A stretch of DNA of 63,476 bases, filler included, from Saprolegnia diclina VS20 (taxonomy: Eukaryota), in assembly GCF_000281045.1 (NCBI RefSeq). It is 3 parts of 2 records of this genome, joined end to end, with 100 filler letters (N's around TTAATTAATTAA, not from the genome) between each part and the next. Parts side by side here need not be neighbours in the genome. Positions count along the whole stretch, not along the records: positions 1 to 24,562 come from NW_008246074.1; 2 more parts are not named here. The stretch is one strand, 5' to 3'. Below, one piece after another: positions 1 through 10,480 of this stretch; position 1 is the first letter of the stretch, and each line of letters starts with the position of its first letter. Below the pieces are notes generated by a model that saw nothing but the letters and a program-made list of their open reading frames with translations, did not search any database and was not told the DNA's origin. A program made the position numbers and the translations under genes.

Positions 1-1466
1 ATTCCGACGCAGATCGCCGTCGCACCGCGCACGACAGCCAGTGGCACACTGCCTCGGGTCTCGCCGCAGCAGCTTCATTCGCTCAAACCGCTCGACAATC
101 AACATGCAAAGCAGCCGACACCCGAAGTGATGCGAAAGACGTCGAGTGCTAAAGCACCGGCGCACCACGGGCCCGAAACCAATGCCAGCCCCAGCGCACG
201 AAGTAGCACGACACCGCAGCGGCCTGGGACAGCGCCAGTGCATGCGTCGACGGCACCAGCACATCCGTCGCAGGCGCCCAAGTTAGCGCCATTGCCGCGG
301 CGAAGCATAGCATTGGGCCAAGTCGTCCGCATGCACCGACCCGGTATTATGATGCAGCTGCTTGGGCAGTGGCAAATGTGGTGTTGTCCTAGACGACGTG
401 GAGCTCAAGCGCCCCGAGACCATCGATACTGTCATCAAATACCTCCGTACGCAAGCACTGCACGCGGCTTGGTTCATCTCTCTATGCGTAGTGGGTCAAG
501 TCGAGTTGCGCAAGTTTCGCGACCTCTTTGATCACATTGACGTCGAGTGGGCAACGTGGCATGAGGCTGTCGTGGCTCATCCTCAATTGTCTAGTCGCGC
601 CGGAACCATCGACTACGACGAGTTCTTTGACTTTATCGAAGACCGACGCACCAAGTTTTCCGACAATTTGTTTCGCCAAATCGGTACAAATCTCGCCAAA
701 TCATTGCAAAAGGCCCACGCTCTAGTGTTTTCTGGGCGGTAGACCCCAAGTACGACGGCACGGTACGTGCTATTCATGGCATGAAATTCCGTGAATCCCA
801 CATTCTCATAGTTGGATTTTGAGCACTTTGTGCATATTTTGACGTCGTACTGCATGCGGTCCCGGGAAGAAATTTTGCAGTGTAAACCTCCCTTTCGTGA
901 AAGCGATGAAAATGGTGAATGGATATAGTCGCATTCGATACTTTTGACGACGATGCCAGCGGGTCCCTCGACGAGGTATTCCGCCTTTTGACGATTTCTA
1001 CTGAGTGCGACGTAGCTTGAGTTTACAGAGCTCGCAAAGATGATGCACGACGGCAAGCCTGTGTTTGCGTCCAACTTTAACAAGGCGCTGGCTGAATTCG
1101 ACACGTAACACAACTTGTCCACTTTGTTCGATGACAATTGGCAGGCACGGCGACGGCACGATCACCTTTGCGGCGTTTCAGCAAATCAGCAAGCGGTATC
1201 CGATGGTCCTCTTCCCCGCGTTCCGGCTCCAGGACCAAATGCAGCGCATGAGCCTCGGGCTCAACCACTGGCACAAGATCCACATGCGCTACTTTGACGT
1301 GATCTCGATGGAGGTTTACCGCGTACGACGCCCTCTCTGTCGATACGCAGCTTACCCCACGCGTTAGAAAAAACACAATGGCGCGGCGCCGCCGATCCCG
1401 ACGCTCAAGAAGATCAAACTCCTCTTTGGCGTCGGCACGTTTGACGTTTACCAGCCGCAAACCTAA
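1..1466 (+). CDS. EF-hand calcium-binding protein (four EF-hand-like loops) with a Pro/Ala-rich N-terminus; 5'-partial, about 9 introns
   Basis: Manual GT-AG splicing (first intron 344-392, last about 1323-1367) joins loops DVDRAGTIDYDEF, DPKYDGTLDFEHF, DDDASGSLDELEF and DTHGDGTITFAAF. Frame 1 is open from base 1. Stop TAA is at 1464-1466. Confidence 0.8.
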
Positions 1467-1565
1467 TCGTCGTTGTTTGAATGTATCAATGTATCAGCCC
1501 GATCTATGTCAACACCAAAACTCGGAAAATTCAAACAAAATTCGTTGGTTGACAGCTCAGCAGGG

Positions 1566-2690
1566 TTACCGCTTCATGTACATGCTTGACATGGGGTGCA
1601 CGGGACCGTCGCCAGCGACGTACTCGAAATACTTGATGGGCTCGGGGCCTCGAAGCGGGAGCGACTTGATCTCGTCGACATGGCACCAAGTGGCCCCCGC
1701 GCTCTCGTAATCGGGAATCGACTTGGGCCGCTGGTTGACGTCCACCGGTTCACCGAGAAACACAAACCGCATGCGGACGTACGACCGGCCGTCGCTGTCG
1801 GTCTTGGGGTGGTACTCGAGCCGCAGCAACCCCGTGAGGCGAATGTCCAGGCCGGCTTCCTCTTTGGTTTCGCGGAGCGCGGCTTCGTCGGGCGTCTCGC
1901 CAGCGTCGACACGGCCGCCGGGCAGCCAGTAGCCCGAGCACGCAAACTCTTGGACGAGGAGAAACTGCTTGGTGAGCGGGTGCCGGACGACGACAAGCGC
2001 AAAGCAGTAGAGCGACGACTCGGGCGCGCGAAACTCGCTCGGGAGCTCGCCGCGACCGGGCGGTCCGTGGGCGTTGTGCATGTGCACCTGGAACGGCGTC
2101 GACCGGTGCTGCTTGGTGCTCGACGATGTTGCGCAGATCGGGCACGGAACGTCCGACTTGTTTTTTTCGTTGATGTGGAAGAGGGGAACGTGCGTCCAGA
2201 GCGTGTCCTCGGTCATACCGCCCTTCCCGCAGAGCGGGCAATTGTACGGCCCGCGGTGGCGCGACGAACTACTGTCCTCGCGCGCGATCTTGGTGATGAT
2301 CGTGCTCGCGTCTTCGATCGCGCTCGTGACCATGGACGCGCCGTGCGTAAAGCACTCGTAGCGCAAGCGCGCATCGTCCGAGACGCGTGCGCTAAAGACG
2401 CAGAGGAAGAGCTGCCGACTCATGCGGCGCAGCGTCGAGAGCATGTTGAGCAGCGACGGCATCGAGTAGGCGGACCCAACGCGCAGCACGACGAGGTGGA
2501 CGCTCGCCTGCGTCGTCGTCATGGCCTGCAAGAGCACCTCGGGCGCCTCGTGGCCCAAACAGACGTGGACGCGCAGGCCATGGCGGTTGCACGCCGAAAT
2601 GCAGGCCTCGTCGAGCGAGTCCAGCGGCGGCGCGTCGCGGGCGCCGTGCGGATGCCCGCCATTCAAGCACCGCACCAAGATGCTGCTCAT
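1566..2690 (-). CDS. NUDIX hydrolase with two C2H2 (Di19/KCMF1-like) zinc fingers and an N-terminal alpha/beta domain
   Basis: Intronless 374-aa ORF. Canonical Nudix box GGRVDAGETPDEAALRETKEEAG. Zinc fingers CPLCGKGGMTEDTLWTHVPLFH and CPIC...HMHNAH. Confidence 0.9.
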   Translation of the reverse strand: MSSILVRCLNGGHPHGARDAPPLDSLDEACISACNRHGLRVHVCLGHEAPEVLLQAMTTTQASVHLVVLRVGSAYSMPSLLNMLSTLRRMSRQLFLCVFSARVSDDARLRYECFTHGASMVTSAIEDASTIITKIAREDSSSSRHRGPYNCPLCGKGGMTEDTLWTHVPLFHINEKNKSDVPCPICATSSSTKQHRSTPFQVHMHNAHGPPGRGELPSEFRAPESSLYCFALVVVRHPLTKQFLLVQEFACSGYWLPGGRVDAGETPDEAALRETKEEAGLDIRLTGLLRLEYHPKTDSDGRSYVRMRFVFLGEPVDVNQRPKSIPDYESAGATWCHVDEIKSLPLRGPEPIKYFEYVAGDGPVHPMSSMYMKR

Positions 2691-2818
2691 CCCCGAGTGG
2701 CCGCTGCCAGCCGGTTAACCGATAAGAAACCGGTTACCAACCGGCACGCGTGGCAGCCTCCGGTGCCAACATGAACGCGAGATGATGTATTTGTACTTAG
2801 AGCGTCGGCGAGCTCCTC

Positions 2819-5306
2819 CTACCCTTTCTTTCCAAACACCGACTCGTACTGCGGGCGAAAGGAGGCTGTTGGCAGCGCTGTTGTCGTCGGGACTATTGCG
2901 GGCTTGGGACTGTTGCTCATCGCGTTGCTCATCACGTGCGTACTCGGCGGCAACGCCTTGAGCGGCGACGCCACGACCGGCTTTTTGATTTGCTCTCGGA
3001 TCACCACCACAGGTTGCTTCTTTGGGGGCTCGACAACCGACTTCTCTTGGGTCGTCGGCGCTGCCACGTCGGCGTCGTCGACGCGCTTGCGCTTGAGTAC
3101 GGACACGTCGTCGACAACAACGGGCAACGGCGGCTCGGGCTCGACGCGCAGCACCGAGACATGGTCTGCGGCGTCCGGCTGGAGCGTTCGGTTCGTGCGC
3201 GGGTCCATCAGCGGCACCTTGGGCAGGCGACTGTACACGAGCGTGGTCGGCGCTAAGTACACTGCGTGAGCCTTTGAGATCACGACGCGTTCGTACCCAG
3301 CGGATTCCAAACCGAGGAGCGCGGACACGCTTCGTTCCAGCAACTGCCGTCCAAGTCCTACGCGTCGCCATGAGACAGCGACATCAAGGGAGGGGGTCGG
3401 TGCCTTCTCGACGCCACAGAGCGTGCAGGACGCCACCAAGAAGAGGTCGATCGTCGGCGAGAGCTCGTCGTGCAATTCCGTGACCTGCGTGTACTGCATG
3501 TCGAGCGCCGCCTGCCAGTCGCGGAGGTTCGGGCGGTGCTTGATTTTGTCCCGTCGCCGCATCACGTGCTTCTTGACTTGGTCCTGGAACATGGCGTAGC
3601 GCGTTGACGTGATGCCCTAAGTGATATGCTAGCATTGCGTGCAACAGATGCTCAAGTATACCATGAGGACAGCGCCTTCCGGGAGGTGGAGGCCCTTGGC
3701 GTTGCGGTTGTTGCCGTGGTTGGTGGTCGTGCGACGGCTGCGCTGCACCACGTCTTCTTCCATGAGGACGAGGTCGGACTTGCGAAAGACCTTGAGCGTC
3801 TTGGAGATGTTGTCGACCTCGACCGTGCACGTCTCGCGGTCCGCCTTCTTGACAATGCCACTGCCGCCGTTGGCCGGCAAAAGCACCTTGCGCTCGATCC
3901 ATGAGACGCCATAGTGGCCGCGCCGACGAGAGAGCGCGCCGCCCTTGCGCTCGTCGTCTTGCGAGTCGATGTTCGAGTCGTCGGCGGCGGCCACGTCGCT
4001 GTCGCCAGCGTTGGTGCCGGTCTCGTCAATCTCGCTCGAGTCGGGCTTCGACGAGGGCGGGAGCAGCGCGATGGCGTCGACGCTCTCGAGCAGTGTGAGC
4101 TCGTACGCGCGCTTGGCCGTCTTGGGCGCCATCGGGTCGTCGACCTGCAGCTGGACCCAGCCGTTGCCCGACTTGAGCACGATCGCCGGCTGGCCAGAGT
4201 ACTTGCCGACGTTGATGCGGACGCGGCGGCCGATCCACATCTCCGTGTCAATGTCTGAGAGAAACGTGCCCTGGTCCTTCTTCTTGGGCTACGTTCAGAA
4301 GAAAAGATAAGGATAGGGTGTGGAGAGACGGCGGAAATGTGGTACCTTGCGGCGGGCGTCGGCGGCCGCGGACTTGGCCGACGCCGGGTCGTAGTCGTTG
4401 TCGTCGTCGTTGTCCCCATCCGAGTCGGCTTCGTCGTTGGTCGTCGCACTCTTCTTTGCATCGTCGTCGGTTGCTGTCGCGTCGTCCTCGAGCAGACGAA
4501 GAAGCTTGCGCTTGACGATGCGCGTCACGGACGGGTCGTTGGTCGGCTGCACCTTGTACCCGGACGGCAGCACCTGTCATCGTCGCGTTCGTTAACGCCA
4601 TATAAAGATTGGAGGTACTAGCTACCTCGAGGATCGTGCAAGCCGAGCCGTTGAGCGGCTTGAGTTCCTTGTTGCGCTTGGCTGCGTCGTCGAGTTTGAG
4701 CGTGACGCGCGAGCCCTTGGCGAAGGACGACTTGGCGTCGTGCATCTCGTCGTCAGCGTCGGCATCGTCATCGGCGTGCATGTGATCGTCGTCGTCGTCA
4801 GCGAGCTGCTGGTCGAGATGCAGCCCGTCGGCTTGGGCGTCGCGGAGTGGCCGGAGGCCCGACGCACGGAATGTGAGCACCTTGCTGTTCTCGAAGCGGA
4901 CGCGGAACCACGTGTTGGGGTGGCGCGGTGTCTCGACGATTGTGCCAATCTTGTCAACCATTTGCGGCAGGCGCTGCTCAACGTCGGCCGTGCGTTGGAC
5001 GACGACCTTGACGTTGCGCCGGAGGCCGTTCGTCTCGGCGGTGCTCACCGCGTGCGGGCGGGCCTTGGACGGTGTGCCCATCTCCGATTGCGCGTCGTAC
5101 TCGTCGTTGTCTTCCCCGCCGCTCTTGGCCGACAAGGACGACGACCGCGTTCGCGCTCGGCGTGTCGGCGCAGGCAACGGGCTCAATGGCGCCGATGCAT
5201 TGCTCGTCGTCGCAGCGTCCGAGCCAATGTCATCGGCCTCGTCACTCTCCATCATGCTGCGGAGCTCTTGCTTGGCCGTCGCTGCCATCGCCGATACGGT
5301 AGCCAT
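2819..5306 (-). CDS. Uncharacterised protein with four KOW/SH3-like beta-barrels separated by acidic linkers; 4 exons
   Basis: Introns 4574-4625, 4289-4345 and 3617-3661 splice the ORF fragments in frame from MATVSAM to YESVFGKKG. The clearest KOW-like unit is WIGRRVRINVGKYSGQPAIVLKSGNGWVQLQV. Confidence 0.7.
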
Positions 5307-6097
5307 CGCCGCTCCTCGATCTATGGTCGCACTGCTGCAGCAACGAAAAAAACACTCGCGACCGAGGTCCGGGTGCACCTTTTTTTAAATACCACCCCTA
5401 ACGGTATTTTATTATCTAGAGGTTTGTATGCGCGCGAGGTGCGAGGCCGGCGCATCAACGACCCTTTCATAGTCGATACCCTACCCCGCAGCGCAAGTGA
5501 AACCTCGCACATTCGATACTGCACCAAGATTCTATTTTGGCCAGCGCCGAGCACAGCCTGCTGGATCGTGGCCACCACGGGCCGGAGCGGCCATACTTCG
5601 GCGCCAGCGCTGCAAACGATAGTGAATATGCATGCGTGATACCTAGGTGCATGCGGCCCACCGAAGCAACGAGGGCGGAGGTGCACTTGGTGCGGCGAAA
5701 TGTAGCGCGGCGAGCAGCGATCGCTGACGCAACCTGGTCGCTCAGCGCGCGATGCTGGTCGTGCAACCGCGCCTGCTCATCTCTACTGAAGATGCTGCTG
5801 CAGTAGTATTAAGCAGAGAGTAGACTGCTCTGTCAACGAGAGGCATTATGCGGCGGTTGCAGTGCCATCGCTCGCCACGCCGCCTGACGCGCTGGATGGA
5901 CGTTGCACACGATATTCTATCTCTCAAATAGTGTTGAATGGTATGGATTACGTAATAGTGTGGACCACACTATCAATAGTGTGGCAGCAGCCGAGAATGG
6001 TGTGATCCTGACAAGAGTCAATTGGACCGAAGGATTCGTTGTGGGAGGTACGACAGGGATCTTTCGCTCAGTTCCAAAATCCTTTGGCCGCCGCAGC

Positions 6098-6889
6098 ATG
6101 GACGAGACCGCGTGGCGGGACATGGCCGCGTCCGAGTCGATCTGGAGTCGCTTGCCATCGCGCGAGGTCGTCCAAGACGCCATCTACAACGCGATCCCGA
6201 CCAAGGAGACAGTCATGATGGGCATCCACGCGGTGCCCAACGCGGCCATGGCCGCGCCGAGCGCGATTGCCGGCGCCTTCTCGAGCTGCTTTAGCCGCGC
6301 CCGGCGCATGCAGTTTGACCAAGACCAGAAGCGTTCGCTCCTTAGCAACTTGTACCATGACGAGGCGCGCGTCAACATTCGCGACGCCGAGATGGAGAAT
6401 GCGGCCTTGGAGCTGCGCCGGCGGATCCAAAAGATGGAGTACGAGAAGCACCGGCGCATGGAGCTCGACCAAGAGCTTGGCTTAGCCAAGAAGCCACCGG
6501 CTGGAGACGACCCCGTCGACATGAACCCAGCTACTGAGCCCGAGTTTACGCCACTCAAAGTGTCGGATATCCGCAAGATGTCGGTCGACGAGCTCTTGAG
6601 CATGGACCACGCCGAGGCAGCGACAACGGCCAACCTCGTAGCACCCGCAACGTCATCGCTCGAAGGCAGCCGCTTGCGCAAATGGCTGTCCGAAGTCGAC
6701 ACGAACAAGAGCATCGAGTACACGTCGTACGCGACGAGCTTTGAGAAGCATGGGTTCCAGACGCTCAAGGATCTTTCGCAGCTGGACGAGGAGGACGTCG
6801 AGCAAGCGCTCACTGAGATTGGCATCACCAAGTTTGCCCACCGCGCACGCCTCCGCAAGGCCATTCTGCGCCTCGGCGCGACCCCATAG
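6098..6889 (+). CDS. Coiled-coil protein with a C-terminal SAM (sterile alpha motif) domain
   Basis: ATG at 6098 follows an INR-like GCTCAGTTCC. The C-terminus LRKWLSEV...YATSFEKHGFQTLKDLSQLDEEDVEQALTEIGITKFAHRARLRKAILRL has the SAM pattern. Confidence 0.85.
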   Translation: MDETAWRDMAASESIWSRLPSREVVQDAIYNAIPTKETVMMGIHAVPNAAMAAPSAIAGAFSSCFSRARRMQFDQDQKRSLLSNLYHDEARVNIRDAEMENAALELRRRIQKMEYEKHRRMELDQELGLAKKPPAGDDPVDMNPATEPEFTPLKVSDIRKMSVDELLSMDHAEAATTANLVAPATSSLEGSRLRKWLSEVDTNKSIEYTSYATSFEKHGFQTLKDLSQLDEEDVEQALTEIGITKFAHRARLRKAILRLGATP

Positions 6890-7171
6890 GATATGTTTTG
6901 ATCGTATATACGAGTCCTTTGTATTTCAACAGGCGTGCTCTTACGCAGCTCAAACTCACCACTTCACCGCGTTCGCCACCGAATAGAATGTCAACGGATG
7001 GCAAGCTGCTCCGTTTTAGGCCCAAAGTGCAAAAGAAAGATATGCGCTGCCGCTTGTATGTCCATATGTATACTTAAGATGACATAGACGTGTTCCCAAC
7101 TCGCATTTTCCTTGTCGTATCGTTGTTTCATAAATCGAGAAAAAGAAATTCGCGGAGCAAATTTATCGGGT

Positions 7172-7267
7172 ATCGTCCTTTGGGGATCGATCCCTGTTCA
7201 TACTACTCTCGGCGAGAAGTGGCCTAACCACTAACGTTAGACCAGTTGTGCTGGTCGATTTCGCACC
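7172..7267 (-). repeat. Degenerate tRNA-like / SINE-like short element, copy 1
   Basis: Shares CCTTTGGGG(G)ATCGATCCCTG and TAACGTTAGAC in the same order and orientation with 18952-19040. Has a B-box-like GGATCGATCCC. Confidence 0.45.
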
Positions 7268-8212
7268 GTAGTTGTGGCAATGTCAATGTTACGACGTGAC
7301 AAACCCAAAATATCACTCCGAACTGGCGTTTTCACGTGGTTTTGCGTGTTTACTGTAGCCATCGATAACCCATCAGTACAGGTACCGTATGTAGACCATC
7401 AGACTGGTTCCGTGCCGCCATCGCAGTGAGACTCAAGAGCCACCAGAATCGACCCCCGGAAGGACAGTGCCCCACGACTCCCTCTGTGTGATTTGCTGTT
7501 CATTTCGTTGAATATCGTACTGTGACCGAATGCCAAGCGACACAAACGACCGCCGCAATATGGTCCAAAGTTGTTCGTTCTTGACTCTCTTGTATGTTGG
7601 TTAAAACCTACATTTGTGCTCACCAGCACGTCGACGCGGCTCCGTCACCTGCGCCGTCGTCATGAACCTATATCAGATTGCCGTATATTCTTCTCACTGC
7701 GCACGTTATCGTCGTCTCGACGCAGGCAAGATCGCGCTCAACCATGCTGCGTCAAGGTATACAGCACTAAGAACGTAGTGGAAATGCAATGAATTTGAGA
7801 TTGTACTCGGCGCCGCATCATGACGGAGAGTCCTACTTGGAGTGGCATTACGCTCACGCAGGAGGTATCGAGAACGGTGCGCGTCGTTGCTGAAGGTGAG
7901 CATGTTTTAAACACATGGAGCAACACGTTCAAACGAGAATGTTTGATTCCATTCTCCCACGACCTCACAGATTTTGATCCATCAGTCATCCACCGAAGCG
8001 GGCTCGCCGCCACCGCCTCCTCGCCCTCGCCCGCGAGTCCCCTGCCGTCAGCGCTGCATGTAGCTGTGGCCCTGCGTGACTGCCACTGCTCGGTCATCCC
8101 GAGACCAGCGGCGACTCATCTAGCCCACAAGGTACACCAAGTCTTTTCAACGATGACATGTAATCTCACACGACGTTGTTGCACTAGGTTTATTTAAAGT
8201 AATGCTGTGTTC

Positions 8213-9104
8213 CTACGCCTTGGTCTTCTTCTTCTTCGTGGCATGGCCTGCCGACGGCCGCTTGCGGGTCACAGGCGCAGGTTGGTCGTCGTCGTCCGGC
8301 ACCGTCAAGGGGCACCGCTTCCGGCCGTGCGACGCGTAGACGAGCAAGTGGTGGGCGCAGGCCTCGCACCCGCCGCACTGCGTCTTCAAGCGGAACGACG
8401 CCCGCACGCAGCGAGCACCGATGTGCCGGCGCAGTTCATCACACACGCAGGCCCGGTGGCCGGCCACGCTACAGTACGCGCAGGTGTGATTCGGGCGATC
8501 CTCGAAAACCCGGTACTCCGGCGGGCCTACGCGCAAATGAGGTACATCCGGTGACTCTAACCTATGGTAAGGTACCTTTTGCAGTCTCGATGACCAGGTG
8601 CACCGGCGCAACAAAGTCGGCCGCGACGACGCCGTCTGCCGCGTGCTCCAGAAGGAGCCGGCACGCGGTGATCGCGTGTCCGGGCTCGTAGAAGCCGAAG
8701 TGCGAGCAATACTCGCAGCACAAGCCGACCGGCAAACGGTACGTCGTCGGCACCTGACCTCGGCTGACCGCCTTGCCGACGGTACGGCAGCGCAGCACGT
8801 TGTGGTTGGAGTCACCACAGTAGTCGCATGGCGTGGCGTTGAGGCGCTCCTTCTCCATCGTTCCCAACTCTGTGTAGGTCGGCAGCGCCAACGGCCAACA
8901 GCCCGCCGTCTTGGCCTCGAGGTCCTTCTGGAGGGCCTTGCAGGCGCGGGCCTGATGGTCGCCCTTGCAGTAGATGCACCACGCCGTCCAGCGGACACCG
9001 CGTCCGTGCCGGCCGTCGACGCTTTTGTACGTGGGTTGGCCCGAAGAGGTAATCTCAGCGATGGCAATAGCAGCTGATGGCGACGCGGAAGGGTTAATAT
9101 GCAT
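8213..9104 (-). CDS. Multi-CCHC zinc-knuckle protein with a basic C-terminal NLS-like tail; 2 exons
   Basis: Intron 8527-8575 (GT..AG) joins ETAKG to PPEY. Knuckles are CIYCKGDHQARAC, CDYCGDSNHNVLRC, CEYC..GHAITAC, CAYCSVAGHRACVC and CEAC..HGRKRC. The tail is RKRP...KKKKTKA. Confidence 0.75.
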
Positions 9105-9192
9105 GATACCGTACGTGTCCTTTCTTGTGGTCGTAGGTGTAGGTGGTCGCGGGGAAATTGCGATATACACCTTTACACCGGGACGATAAACG

Positions 9193-10244
9193 AAACATTA
9201 TTTCCGTCGAAATACCGGATTTGAATCATTTCAAAAATATGTGTAATAGTGTATATTCGTATGAAAGCAACGTGTATTAGTGTTTTTGGCAACAAATGTA
9301 CATTGGGTGCAGCACGCCACCATGCTCCTACGCAGCCGCGCCACGCTGATAAGCCACGCGACCACAGACATCGTCGTCAGACCAGGCGGACCAGAGGCGC
9401 CATGTGGACAACGTATTCGACCCAGCCGTCTCGCTCGTGCTTATAGGCGTCATGGTCGCGGTCGGGCTGCTGTCGCAGGTCGTTCGCTCGGACCTTGACT
9501 TCTCATTCGGACATCGCGAGAGCCAAACGCTGTCCGGGTTCGCGTTATTCAGAGCCGAGTACCGGTATGCAGGAATGAAAGATATTGTACATTTTGTACG
9601 GCGTTGACTCGGTCCACGGGCTAGCGTCATATGCAACAGCGGCGTTCCAGCTGCGTTGTGAGATCCCACAAACACCGGTTGACCGGAGCAGCGAGCCCGT
9701 TTGGGTAAGCTTTTCGCGACGAGAGCTACATAGCCGCGAGTGTATGGCGCGGCTGCAGTCTTCGGCAGTCTCAGCGTCGGGCGAAGCGGAAGGCCGGCGA
9801 TGGCTCCTGGTTTCTGAACGAATGCCAAGCCACCGCTGACTAATGTTGGTTGTGTTTGCATTTGTCCCATTCATCGGACGCCAACTTTGGTATTGTGGGA
9901 AGTCACTTTTGCCGAGAGCAGTCGGAACTGGGAACGAAGGACCTCTGTGAAAGCAACGCGAATAGGGGTTAATTTCGACAAAAATGGGAAATAAAGTAAC
10001 GTATTGATTGATAAGGTCCAGCAGAATAGTAGAACAACCACGACGCAGATGTGACACAATCGCCGACGCCACGCTCATTTGTCGCGCTTGTGAGCGTAGC
10101 AAGCGGGAAACCGTTGCCTTCAGTGAAGGTGACATACCTGTACCTGCATTACTCTGGCCTTCAAACGTCAATCGAGGGACAGCTGGGACATGTATCAAAT
10201 ACGTATGCACTGGGATGATTTCTAAAACATTATTTCCGTCGAAA
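9193..10244. repeat. 20-bp direct repeat AAACATTATTTCCGTCGAAA at 9193-9212 and 10225-10244 bracketing about 1 kb
   Basis: Exact 20-nt match read directly. Both copies are followed by a similar GATTT(G/A)AAT. Confidence 0.7.
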
Positions 10245-10480
10245 GAGGAGATTTAAATAGAGATATGTTTGCGTCGGAACGCATTCATGGGTTTCCCCGC
10301 GGCGAACGCAGCGACGCGAACAAGTCACCGAGGTAGCCGCAAGTGCGAAGGGTGTCCGACTCGGTGTTTAGTCGCGACGACAGATGATAGACAACTTGTC
10401 TGTTTTGAAAAGATGCAATTTGGAAGACAAGACAATAGATTGATTGTTACGACGATATACTATGCAAGACGACTTGGTGC

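Noticed and set aside
5400..5900. Possible small spliced gene on the minus strand (RDEQARLHDQHRALSDQ...)
   Set aside because: Coding-like patch with one plausible intron, but no confident start, stop or domain.
7399..8197. Short ORFs between the SAM and zinc-knuckle genes
   Set aside because: No coding-like codon bias or domain. Probably intergenic or decayed repeat.
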